64,000 bases of DNA, taken from positions 130,324,001 to 130,388,000 of the forward strand of contig OX597816.1 in the NCBI GenBank assembly GCA_951406725.2, given 5' to 3'. Below, one piece after another: positions 39,248-51,829 of the stretch. The stretch is from Octopus vulgaris. Taxonomy: Eukaryota. A program made the translations under genes and the position numbers. Within the stretch, counting starts at the first letter, position 1; every line of letters begins with the position of its first letter. The notes beneath the pieces were generated by a model that saw only the letters and a list, made by a program, of their open reading frames with translations, searched no databases and was not told where the DNA came from.

Positions 39248-39632
39248 CATTGGAGTGGCTGTGTGGTAAGTAGCTTGCTTACCAACCACATGGTTCCGGA
39301 TTCATCCCGCTGCGTGGCACCTTGGGCAAGTATCTTCTACTATAGCCTCGGGCCGACCAAAGCCTTGTGAGTGGATTTGGTAAACGAAAACAGAAAGAAG
39401 CCTGTCGTATATATATGTATATATATATATGTATGCGTGTGTATATGTTTCTGTGCCTGTGTTTGACAACCGATGCTGGTGTGTGTACGTCCCCGTAACT
39501 AAGTGGTTTGGCAAAAGTGACCAATATAATAAGTACTAGGCTTACAAAGAATAAGTCCTGGGGTCGATTTGCTCGACTAAAGGCGGTGCTCCAGCATGGC
39601 CACAGTCAAATGACTGAAACAAGTAAAAAGAG
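39248..39632 (+). mobile_element. tRNA-derived SINE, near full length (family A, tail ending gactgaaacaagtaaaa)
   Basis: A-box tggctgtgtgg, B-box-like ggttcc..attc..ccc, central caccttgggcaagt domain, internal (TA/TG)n. Multiple copies in the window. Confidence 0.85.
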
Positions 39633-41886
39633 AGTAAACCAAACAATACTGGGTACAATGTACTGGTGAGTCAAAATTTGCCTCAGTCGGTTTACTTTTT
39701 CCTTTCTTTTTTCTTTTAGAGGTAGTCTCAGTTTTTGTGTGTGTCGCAGCAGTCCTATATATGTGAATAATGATCTAACGAAGGTGCATTTCTGTCTTGC
39801 TAACGAATAGGAACTGATTAGAACTGAAATATGTGTGGTCCTGAAGTGCAAGTGTAGCCTTTGGAATACACTTTTGGTTATGCTATTTTGGTTAAGTCAT
39901 CATACTAGATTGAAAGCGGGGTTCATCAAACTTTTTGGTATGCGGCCCAGAACTGGAAATGTTTTAATGTCTTGCGGACCAAAGCAAATACGAAATAAAG
40001 CCATGATCAAACAAAGTTGTGGAGTTAACTTTTGGTGAGATATAGAATTATCTCCGAATGTGCATCTGACAAAAAAGCTGTTGGAAGTCCAGGAGGTGTA
40101 GAAGTAGGTTGGTTATACATTTCTGGTTATGTAATGCCATTCAGAGACCCAAACTCTACAGGTTAATAGTTGCACATCGTATGTGTTACAACACTCAATT
40201 TCATATTGGCGGGTGTTTAAGGAAATTCATGAACATTTTTTTTGTTGACCAATGGTGGGGCTCTAATTTTGTGTCATGCTTTCAGTACGCTGGCAATCCT
40301 AGAGTAAGTATTTGTTCATGGTATGCATTGACTCTCATATTTTACTTCCGCACTTGATAACATAAAACCAATGGATTTCCACAACAGTTTATCTAAGAAG
40401 ATCATTGCTTAAGAATCTCTTGTCGCCTAGTAATGCTCCCGCGATGAAGTCATTCTGCTACATACCATTATGTTTTGGCTTATTGGAGTAGCTGTTCTTT
40501 GAAATTTCGAAAATCTGCAGGGTTTGACCCCAAACACATATTTCCGCTGATAAAACTATCTCACTTAGTGATAGAGCTTAATGGCAGTGCTTTCATACAT
40601 GAAGTCAATCCCACAATATTTTGGTGAGGACTTTTAACAATAAGAGAACCAAATACAGAATTGGCTTTCCACATCGTATTGTACTGCTCAATACTATCAC
40701 GTTTATCACCACTAAGATTGCATTCAAGGTATAAGCACTGTCATCATTTTCATCGTATATGCTTCGAAATTGCTCTCCTGTCGAGATAAATGCAAGAATA
40801 GGCTCAAATTATCAGACAGAAAATATATTGGGTATTCAAGATGGAGGAAGATTATACGGCAATGATAAAAATTACTTAAATTCAGTAGAAACGGTACAGC
40901 TCAGTGTTTTCGATTCCTTTTCAACTACTTCATTGCAATCAAACGTCACATGGATACTCATCATCCTTTAATAGTCACATTGAGCATCAGTTCAAAGATG
41001 TTCCACATAATTTGCATCCATTGGATGCAAATATTGCTTCTAGACTGGCTGCCTTCTTTTATTACGGAGACAGAATTATTGTGGCAATTTTATGGGTGGT
41101 AGAAAAGACTGTGTAGCGGTATTTAGCATTTGAAAGCCTGATATTTCGGTAACGAGAAAACCCCCACGACATGATATCAGGTGATTTTGGCCTGTATTTC
41201 GGCCAATCGTATTTCAGGTGCATTCATATGATTGCATGATTTTAATAGAAACTTCCGTGTAGTTTCCCATCCAAATATAGACATAAATGTTGACTAGCAG
41301 GACAAGCAGAGCAGAAGTACATTCAGTTGTAGAGATTTACTTCTAACATAGTTATCATATATAGCTCGATCATAAGTTATTATAAAACTGTTTTTGGGGT
41401 TACAATTTTAGATGATAATATTCCGACGGCCGTTTCTGGGGTTCATTCTTCCGGGTAAAAAATGAATCTTGAAATTCATTTTCGGAGAATGCCTCCTTCG
41501 CCAGGAAAAAAAAGGGATATTCACATTAGGTATGCATTCAGCGTATATGGCAATAGTGATGATGGATCTCTTGTATTATTCTAAATTTGAGTGGCCTGAC
41601 TGTGGAGAAGAGCCAGGGACTGTGTTGTTTAACAAGTCATCAGTTGTTCTAGTAGAACACTCTAGATGAGTAACTGCCAATGCTGATCTTGTTGCTATTG
41701 TTTTGTTGTGGTAAGTGTAGTAGCAGCAAAACATGATGACAATGATAATGGTGGGTCACTTGTGGCATTTTGAGGAAATGAGGAAGTGGGTAACTACAGA
41801 GTGAAGGGCTTTTGATTGTAGAGTTTAATATCTCATCAATTGTGCTAGTATTGAAGAGTGTCCATGGTTGTTGTTGTTGTTGTTGT

Positions 41887-41925
<39 letters not shown>

Positions 41926-42054
41926 AATTAGAGAAAAACCTCTATTATGCAATTCAAATATTTATATTGTGAAATTTGAAATTTGAAATTTAATTCTAGA
42001 AATTTGATTTAATACTAAATTGAATTTTTCCCTATAAGTTTGGAGTTATACCCC

Positions 42055-42115
<61 letters not shown>

Positions 42116-42722
42116 GTTGATGAGGATACTTTAGTTCAGTAATATATCTTTCTAGAGATTTTAGCTCTTTGTTCTTATTTTCTAAGCCTGGGAAAGGTAA
42201 GCAGAGGGTGCAATATTGAATTTTGCACCAACACAAAATTTCAGGGGGTGCAATTGCACCTCCTGTTCCCGGGCCTTTGATAAAAAAAAAAAAAAAAAAC
42301 AAGACAAAAAACTGTATAATAATAAACTTAACTGACCCAAATAAATCATTTTCTTAAACTGTAATCTTTGCTGGTGTATCGAAAAGTCGTATGGGAAAAG
42401 GTATAATTCGAGTTCAGTGAGTACATTGTACGCTTAATGGAGCCAATTAATTATAGGTACAACCTTAGAGAAAGGAAATAAGAAGGAACTTCTAGATTTA
42501 AGAGGTACTAATTCTACCTACAAGTTTTAATCAAGTCAGAATTTTGTTATGTCTATTTCTGTTTGTTTAGCCTCCTCCTATTTTTGCATGCAAATGTTTG
42601 AGTATGAGTTTCTATAAACGCTTACAGAGTGTAAGGTGGAATTTATACGTGCATCTATGTACATATTTTAGGGCCACAATAAGCATGTCCCCCCTCTCTC
42701 TGTCTGTATATATATATATATA

Positions 42723-43520
42723 TTAGGGTGCGGTGAATAAACTGTCGTCTAAAAATACTAAAGAGTAAATTTGTTCAGTAAAATCTCCATTGGCTTCAAC
42801 CACGACCTCCAGATGACTTCGGAATCTCCTGCGACTCTTCTGCACGGTCTCCTTATTTAAGTTGGTGAATGCTGCCATAATCCTTGCCTTCAGTTCATCT
42901 TTGGTGTTACAAGGAGTTTTGTTGGTTTCTCACTCAACTGCATCCCATACATAATAATCACAGGGGTTGTAGTCTAGGGAGTTAGGTGGCCAGATGTTAG
43001 AGGCGATGTGCTCGCAGATATTTTCTGATAGCCACGACAGGGTTTTCCTGCTTGTGTGGCACGGTGCAGAGTCCTGTTGCTAGGCATAGGGTCTTCCAGC
43101 AGTCACCCTCTTGACTCAGGGCTGCACTACCTCCTCCAGGCACTTGATGTAGGCTTCCGTATTGAGTCTAAAACCGCGTGGGAAGATGAATAGAGGTATA
43201 ACGTCGCCATCAATAGTAATCATTCCAAACACCATGATGTTGGCTGGATGTTTAATTTGTATCACTCTCGGTACGTGTCCTCAGATTGACACCCAAACAC
43301 TCTGAAATGTTCGTATTGGAGGTTCCTGTGCAAATGCCAAGCAGTACATCATGTCGTTTCCAAATTTCTGGTAGAATGAATTGTGTCATGCTGGTTTTCT
43401 TACAAAAGTGCCCAACTGACCCTACTATTCTATGTATAGCAGGGTCAAAATCAAAAACAAACAATGCGCATGCACGGAATTGAAAACATATAATGGCGAC
43501 AATTTACCCATCGCCCCCAA
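42723..43520 (-). mobile_element. Internally deleted Tc1/mariner superfamily element, DD37D (maT) type
   Basis: Imperfect ~27-bp TIRs flanked by TA. Transposase relic QQDSAPCH...WPPNSLDYNPCDYYVW has 37 residues between the 2nd and 3rd catalytic Asp and contains in-frame stops. Confidence 0.9.
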
Positions 43521-43965
43521 TATATATGACATTAAATGAATGTCAAGGGAAGAGGAAATTATGCAATGAACTTCAGTGACCTATAGCTGTTTCTGCAACA
43601 AAATATCATACACTCAGAGCTGAGTGCTTGTGCATCACCGCCTAGCTTACTCGGAGTTTCAAAAATGAAGTGCACGACATGTTATAGCAGAAACAGTTGT
43701 AAACTAACGAAGTTTATTGCACGATTTCCTATTCTTTTGTCATTTATCTAATTTCGCATAAGGCTCTGTACTTAACTAATACTTTATTCTGAAGCATACG
43801 TATAAAGAACTCTAACACCAGATTATTAGTATCGTTATACCTAAGCGAAACATTAATATATATTTTAGAAATGAAGGGAATCTCGAACGAAGGAAAGTAG
43901 CTGTGAAAACAACTTAGAGGATCGGGTACATACATACATGTATGCATGCATACACACACATACAC

Positions 43966-44085
43966 AGTCTTTCTATATATAGTAAGACTTTATATAGTCT
44001 TACTATAATAAGACTATATACAGTCTTACTATAGTAAGACTATATACAGTCTTACTATAGTAAGACTATATACAGTCTTACTATA
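43966..44085. repeat. Minisatellite of ~26-bp units, each containing a 20-bp palindrome
   Basis: (agtcttactatagtaagact atatac) x about 4.5. Confidence 0.9.
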
Positions 44086-44094
44086 TGTAGTCTC

Positions 44095-44403
44095 ACGAAT
44101 GACCATGGGATTGCATCTAGAAAGTTCCTCTCCGAGGCACAAGTCCGGGCAAGGTTGTTTGTGGAAGACCATCAGTCACCTATGCATATCAGCCTCCCCT
44201 CTCCATATCACCGATGTTATCCTAGGGAAAATCAAAGGCCAATACAGTTTGGCATCAGTGACGTCGCAACTCATTTCTACAGTTCAGTAAACTGGAGCAA
44301 TGTAAAATAAACACAAGAACACAACACACAGCCCTGTCCGGGATTCGAACTCACAACCTTACGATTGTAAGCCCGAAACTCCAACCACTCAGCCATGTGC
44401 CTA
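44095..44403 (-). mobile_element. tRNA-derived SINE (fourth family)
   Basis: Minus-strand head tggctgagtggtt...gagttcgaatccc (A and B boxes), followed by a non-tRNA body. Confidence 0.75.
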
Positions 44404-44609
44404 CACACTCGCGCGCGCGCGCACACACATAGGTAAGGGGTGAAGTGTCTACGAACTTGGTAACTCTTCAATTAACTTTATACAGTACTTCCTCCCACCT
44501 CACTCTATCACCCTTTCACCTTCTCATTGCTATTCTTACATCCATAGGAAGAAAAGAAGCTTTTTGCTCTGTTCTGGTGCTATTTTTTTTACTATATATT
44601 TGTTGTTGA

Positions 44610-45003
44610 CTATTGTTGATCGCCGAACTGAAGGTAGTCGTGCGAAAAAGAACCGTAAAAGGATTACACAGAATATTAAACTTAATATTTTAAAATGGCT
44701 TGATGCAAGAATGAAAATTAGCCATATTGTGAAAACATTAAGAATTTCAATGTTTATAGCGGAAATAATACGTAAAACAATACAGAAAATTAAGTCAAGT
44801 GCTCAAGAAATTACTCCGATAATTGCTTGGGCCATAGATCTAATGTGATGCTTAAAATAGAACCACTCCTGGGTGTATGAATCGAAGATCACACTCGACC
44901 CTTGTACCGATAACTAAAAAAGAAAATGTCAAAAGTTTTTATGAAGATTTCCAGAAAAAGGAAGGTGAAACTTCTAACGAGAAACCTTTTCAGGCTAATA
45001 AGC
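44610..45003 (+). mobile_element. Tigger/pogo transposase N-terminal relic
   Basis: KKNRKRITQNIKLNILKWLD...IRKTIQKIKSS (psq-type HTH), then IEPLLGV*IED...PFQA (CENP-B-type HTH), degenerate. Confidence 0.75.
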
Positions 45004-46570
45004 TACTAGTCGTCTGTGGGTGCTGGTGTGCGCGTGCGCCATAACGTTGTGCAAGTGCCAGTAACGTTCGTTTGACTGTTTCACACACACACTTTTACCA
45101 TTCTTTTTCCACAACGTGACGGAATTTTTACACCACAGGAATCTATCGTTAGCACTTTAATATCATAGATACTTTGGTTTAAGGTGGTGTATTAGCGGTA
45201 TCGTTTGAGCGCGTGACGAAATGCTCTTTATGTTCTGGGCTCAAATCTCACTGGTCAACTTTATCTTTCATCCTTCCGAAGCCGATAAAATAAAGTACCA
45301 GTCAAATACTGGAGACGATATAATCGACTATACTTCTCTCTCAAATTTGATACCTGTATCAATAATGTTTAATATTATTTTAGTTTGTGTGTATAAACAA
45401 TTTTTTTTTAATGTAAACGTTAATACGAATATAAAGAGAAATACGTTAATACAAATATAAAATGGAATAATGTTGTTCATATAATTTACGATCAGATCCT
45501 GGAAAATAGTTATTGATACAAAGTGCCCAAATAATCGCTGCGAATAAATTTGAAACCAGCTTTTTTATGATTAGAGTCCTGTCTGGGTCGAGTTAATCTT
45601 TCAGCTGTCCAAAATCGATAGAATAGATTAAACTGAAGGATGTCAAATGTAAAATTGATTGAATGTTTATAGGATCATAGAGCTGAATTATATCCAAGTT
45701 TTTCATTGCGACAAACGGACGAAAAACAGGCATAGTGTGGAATGCACAAACCGCATAGAGCGACCACTTTCTATGTGCGTGCTTGCTGTAGTAAGAAATG
45801 TTTCATTCTAGAAAAGAACAGAATTTGTAAGCAGTAACTTTTAATTTATGTAAGACTACTGCAAGAGACCACCAAAGAGAAACATATATTAAGAAAGTCA
45901 GACTTTTTTTTTTTACATAATCGAAATAATGTTCTATAAGATATTTCATGAAAATCACAGGACAGATAAGTTAGCCTTAACTTATCAACATTACATTCAG
46001 TGGTCCACAGCTGTATATATTTAGCCCTCTCTTATAAGACAGTTACTATAGAAGTCTCTTCTCTTTTGTATTATGCAAGCTCTAAATCTATCCCATTTAA
46101 ACCGACTCGATGAATTTGCCTTTCTTTTCCCAATACCGCAATTGTCACACACGCAGGTCTTGTATTAGATATTTATCAAAATTTCATCCCACCCAAATTG
46201 CATATTATGAAATTCCTTCTCTGTCCTTGGCTTATCGTCAAACATAGGACATTGACCATATTGACTTTGCCCACTGACTAGTATCTTCCTAATCTTAAAG
46301 GATCCAAGTAAATAATGGAAAATTTCTCTTTTTGTCATACCCAGCAATAAAAGCAATCGAAAAGAAGATATGACTTAAATTAATCAATAACTTACAAATA
46401 GATGCAATCCATTAACGTTCTGAGTTCAAATTCTGCCGAGGTCGACTTTGCCTTTTATCCTTTCGGGGCCGATAAGATAAGTAGCAGTTAAGCACTAGGA
46501 TCAGTGTAATTGACTACGCCCTTCCTCCAAAATTGTAGGCCTCGTACCTATAGTACAAAGGATATGATAA

Positions 46571-46663
<93 letters not shown>
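46571..46663. repeat. Compound (TG)n(AG)n microsatellite (other SSRs: (TA)n 25408-25453 and 27960-28058, (ATT)n 42054-42110)
   Basis: Directly visible simple repeats. Confidence 0.97.
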
Positions 46664-46666
<3 letters not shown>

Positions 46667-47079
46667 ATATACACACATATCCATAACAGATGGCAAGTTT
46701 TCAATTATCAAAATAGATCCGCCATCAAATAAGCGAAAAACAAACTTTTAATGATGATGCTTAGGATGATGATGTAGGGCGCTACGAAGAGGGTGTGTTG
46801 ATCGACTCTATCGATCCTACATATCTATGCAAGTGTATTAGACGCATATGTAAACACAAGCGGAAATAAATCCATATCTATATATAAAATCGCAAAACAA
46901 ACAAGATACGCAAATGTATTTTCTATACACACGTGTATTTTCCTTACTCATTATCATATATGCAGATGTATACATGAATACAAACATTATTGTGATCATC
47001 GAAGAGATTCAGTCTGATTACCCTACAATTGTCTTTCGTCGTTCACTTCACCATTAGTTGAACTAACTACCAGTCGTAT

Positions 47080-48620
47080 GTCTAGAATATATCGAGAAAC
47101 TTCGTCCTCTGACACATTTGCCGGCTATCGCATACTGGAGATTATCCTCCCCAACTTGCAATGTAGGGCGGGGTGGGTAGGGGGTAGCTTAATCCACAAT
47201 CACTTAATTTATACAAATGCACTTCTTCAGGAAATACCGGCACAGCTTGGGAATGCCTCCATTCAATTAAACACGGCTCTTGGTAGTACTGACTATCATC
47301 ACTGACCAGATCTGGGTGACATGTTATGCCAGAAGATAGCTTCGAGTGCGAGATGTTCTCATTTTCGGCCGAGGCCTTAATTGTTTTGTACTGAAATAAC
47401 TCTTCACATGTTACGTATACAGTATTTCCTTTAGTTCTGTCTAGATACATTGTCATTATCCAACAATATAGGAACTCGTGGTTTCTCTTATACCTATTCA
47501 ACTTTTCTATGATTGTCTTTACAAATCTCAACCACAAACCACTCCGATTAAAGAATACAATTCAATTCCCCAAAGTCCAACCCCGGTCTGACCTTGTTCA
47601 TTATTAACTCAGCTACCGCCATCAAAGCAACGACCGAATTTTCACATTTTCTACTCATGGCTCGTGAGTACTGCTCTCTATTCATCTTTCCATCTCTTTT
47701 TCGAACTCAGCTTTCTCGCCACCGTTCTTGTAGTAACTCCCTGCATTATTCAATGCTAGGGTTCTCTTTATTCTCTGGTTGCGATTCACTGCACTTTGAC
47801 CTATTCCAAATTTCACTCCTTCCACGTCGATCGTGACGCCCTTTCCTCCCAGCATGCCAATTATATCCAATGTGATCACTATGTCAACACCTTCGGCAAT
47901 GGGACTCATTGTGATCACTTAGTGTTTCAGTCGCGCCTGCGTTACTTGTACTTCTGCATATGATCTTCCTTCCGTGTATTTCCTTTATCTTGCTTTTGTC
48001 TCTCCACTTGTCAACCAGTCTCAGAGAGACAAGCGTTGTGGTACAATTAGTTTCAAGATGGGCTGCCGATCCCCTCACATATTTCACCATCACTCTTGAG
48101 CGTCGTTACTGAATAGAAAGGAAAGCAACTGGCGCAGTAACTCCCTCTCTGGTGCAGTATTTTGCAAGATGGCCCACATGATTGCACCTATATCGGATCT
48201 AGTTTTTTCTTCATTCGCAAAGTATTAAGTGGGGCTCATTTTGCGAATGAGAAAGACTAGATCCCCTGTATCAAATAATTGCACTCTTGAACCATGCCTG
48301 ACTTCCAATGTTGGAAACACTGCCCATCAAATGTTCGCCTGCATTTTGTCACCTCGTCGCGAACGGCAGCATCTTAACACTAGCTATTAGTTCAGTCATG
48401 GCCATGGCATCTAAGCTAGGCAACTACCGAAGAGCTATTTAAATCGGTTACAAATACTAGCTCTGCAATTCTCCAGAACCCTTCTGTAGCAGTCCTGTTA
48501 AGCCTGCTATCCTCCTAATTTCATTATCATAAACATCTACCTTCTCTCCGTTCTACCTCGTCCTCTCTAACTTTCCATAAGTTGCAAGTCCTCCTTCTGA
48601 GAACGCCTCCTTTAATTTTA
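47080..48620 (-). mobile_element. Degenerate Ty3/Gypsy LTR retrotransposon internal region (gag-protease-RT start)
   Basis: Fragments LKEAF..GEKVDVYDNEIRRIAGL (gag), RCNHVGHLAKYC (Zn knuckle), AHLETNCTTTLVS and GVDIVITLDIIGMLGG (protease), LMAV...KVRPGLDFGELN (RT). No LTRs identified. Confidence 0.8.
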
Positions 48621-50115
48621 CTTAGATTTTTCAGCATTTTTGCCGATTAATGTACTTTTCTGAGTAATAGATGAATACACTGCACGATTTTAATGGTTTT
48701 TATATTATCATTGCATGTATTTAATTAATAAGATAACATACCAATATTTGCTATGTGAAGCATAATAACAGTCGTGCAATCCCTTTAAGTCTCACATTTG
48801 AAAATTATCTAGATCTTCTGCATCCACAACCTCATTTTTGAATATTGAAGAATCATTTTTTAACATAAACATAAATAATTCTAATGATGAGCAACAAATA
48901 CAGTTTTTTTCAAGATTGTTGTTGAAAGCTCTCGTCTCATTAGATTTTTCAGTACCAATTGCATAAACACCACTTCAAATCAATTTCAGTATTCTCAAAT
49001 AATCTTCGATGTGTCGATAGAAGGCTCCAGAGATAGTGCTTGTGACAAACTCGTCTCCACAAACTGAAATGAAATTCTATTGAGTCTTGTATTGTATATG
49101 CGATATTAGTTATACTCATCTATTCATAAAAGAGAATGACAACTTTTCCGAAACAATCAATTCGTTCAATAAACATGGTTGGTGGGATAATTTTCTAGAT
49201 GAGAGAACTCTGCATCGTTCTTTGATCTCACATTAAAGGGGCTCGCGCATAAAGGTGACTGTTCTGTTTTCTAAAATTCAAAGTAGTGACCAAAGGACTG
49301 AACAGAAGAATGGCATATTAACATTTCAAATATTTTTACGCTCATCTTACATCTTACATCAACAGGCTTCATTCTTGACTGTTGAATTATTTTCGAAATA
49401 TTTTGTTTGTTGTTTTAATCATGAGTTTTTTTATTGTAAAGAAACTTCGTTATATCTTATTTTCTTTTTCTCTCACTTTAGCCACCATTTTTAAATATCA
49501 TTTTAAATGTTTTTAAGGATTTAGACCACTACATTTTCATTTATTTATGACTTAAAAGGTTTCTCCAAAGATGCTTCACTTTGTCACGGCATTTGGTGTT
49601 TTTACTTTTCTTTTTTCAAAAGAGTTTGGTGTTATTTTTCTGCACTCATATTTTCTGTAACTTTCAAAAAAAAAAAAAAAAAAAAAAGAAAACACAACAC
49701 GAACACTAATTTCGCATCCTATTACTGCGGGAAATTACTCCGAAAGAAATCTTTGCAGAAAGGTGAGTAGATAAATTTTCATGTTATCGCAGTTTTGTGA
49801 GATTTGGCTGTTATTTCTAGCATGTCGATAGCCTTCTTGAAGGCCAAGGCCGTAGAATTGGGAGGGGAGGGGTTGGGGGCATTTTTTTTTTTTTTTTGAA
49901 AAATTGAAATTTTACAAACAATTTTTGTTTTCAGAATCGGAATTTCCATAGCCGAAAACGTGAGATTCCGCAAAAAAAAAAAAAAAAAATCAATATATAT
50001 CCATTTTTCTAAAAGTTATAAGGGAAAAAGCGGATCTTGTGAATTTTCCGAAAGTCTTCTCCCCCTACCTCGGTTCGTTTGCGCAATTTTTTTTCCTTTT
50101 TCGTTTTCTATACAG

Positions 50116-50265
50116 GTGTTAACACCCAGCAAGCTGTTTGTTTTTGTTTTTGTTAACGGCTAAGGACCTTTATATTGACCGATGCTTCCGTATGGAAAAC
50201 TTCAGGCGAACTAATCTAAAGTTCACAGTAACACTGCTACCATAGCACAAGGAGAAGCGCACCAC
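50116..50265 (+). other. Putative non-coding 5' leader exon of the plus-strand gene
   Basis: Strong acceptor ttttccttttcgttttctatacag| and donor cac|gtaaga. An upstream consensus donor aaag|gtgagt lies at 49763. Confidence 0.45.
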
Positions 50266-51686
50266 GTAAGAATCTATGTTACAGTTTGAACTAAATATTA
50301 AACCTGAGATGTGCGGGAAAAATGTTTTTAAAGGATTATATTACAAATACTTATTTTAATGTTTCGTCAAAGAACTATTTATATTACAATGTAAAAGCAT
50401 AAATAATCAATTCCCTTTCTTATCATTAGTAGTCTAAATCCAGTTTGATTTTAAAATAGTCACTCAAATCGCAAGGGAGCGAAAGGCAAATCAATCGTCC
50501 AGTTTTACACTACATGTAACAGTTGTAGTTTTGGAACGCTTCGCTTTTCACAAAAACATTTTATTTTTTACATTTTCTGCCAACCACATTCAGCCACTGA
50601 TCCTGTGTTGTTGCTTATAGCAGCCAAAGCTCCCCCATAAATATTATACATGGACTTACCGAGACGAAAAATTATTTTTAGTTGATCACGCGACTTTTCA
50701 TTTGTTGGAACCGATATTAAACGGTGGAAAATATATTTTGGTAAAATGTTTTCACTATAAGTTTCACTCCGTAATTTGTTTCTGTCATTTTAAAATTAAG
50801 AAAATGTTGAGGGATGGATCGCTGCTATTTCTACCAGGCAAGTGACATATGGAGGCTATGTGGCTTATTGAGAGCCTCAAGTGTTAAAAAAAAAAACAAG
50901 AATAAAAAGGAGAAATATTTTAAATGAAAAGCGAATTAATTCAGTGTAATGCGAAACAGGACTAGCGTCAAAACTGATCCGCGACAATTTACTAACATCA
51001 AAAAGCTGATCCAGTCTAGCAGTTGATAGCAAAACTCAGATAACAGATGTACATAAACAATTTCTCAACATTTTAGAGAATTGTCATCTGTTTTTAGTTT
51101 GAAGTAAAAATAAAATTGAAAACAGACACACATACATATACAAGAAATTTAACAAGATACGTTTTGTTTATAGTTTTATGGTTTTGTCAACGGAACAAGT
51201 TGACAAAGCCATAAAGTTATAAAAAGTACGCACTGTCATGTTTGTGTGCATGCACACACGTTTGTATGTATGTACACATATTTGTATGTATACACAAACA
51301 CAGGAACTTTTAAAACGAAATTAAGTGTGCAAGAGTGAATATATGAAGTTATGTTTTTACAGATTAGCACACTAAACTGTTATAAATTATGTATATATTG
51401 TGTATAGATTAAAAACAGTTTTAGCATTGAATTAACGTTCAATAATGATAAAACAGAGGCAATTAACTTTTTGACGTCTCATTTCACGCTAAATATAACT
51501 TTAATATCTTGCAGTGTGGAGAGCTCTACCATGCTTACAAGTAGTACCCCGGGTAACAACACCATAAACTGATCAGTGTTTTACTAATAACAACACTAAT
51601 CAAAATTGCACTGATTTCTGCTGCTGTAGATATTCATATTTAAGCCGATATCTTCTTCACATATGTAAACCAACAACGAGTTTACC

Positions 51687-51829
51687 ATGGACCCAGACAC
51701 GGCGGCTGCCAACATTCGTTCCTTATCATGTAAGTTGGACACCGAATTAAAAAAAAATACCGATTGGAACAAGGTTGTCGAAATATTAAAAGAAATCAGC
51801 GAAATATTCAAGACAGAGAGCAGCCGTAG
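51687..51829 (+). CDS. First coding exon of an unidentified plus-strand gene (weak resemblance to the ataxin-10 N-terminus)
   Basis: Strong Kozak tttaccATGG, then 47 open codons MDPDTAAANIRSLSCKLDTELKKNTDWNKVVEILKEISEIFKTESSR, then AG|gtaaga donor. Upstream acceptor tcttgcag| at 51514. Confidence 0.65.

Noticed and set aside
39915-41700. Possible decayed DNA transposon (hAT-like end at ~39915; WP..SPD-like peptide near 41170-41210)
   Set aside because: The signals are too fragmentary, with no matching terminus or TSD.
45003-45170. Possible Helitron 3' end (CTAGT with a GC-rich near-palindrome) truncating the Tigger relic
   Set aside because: The hairpin is weak and no 5' end was identified.
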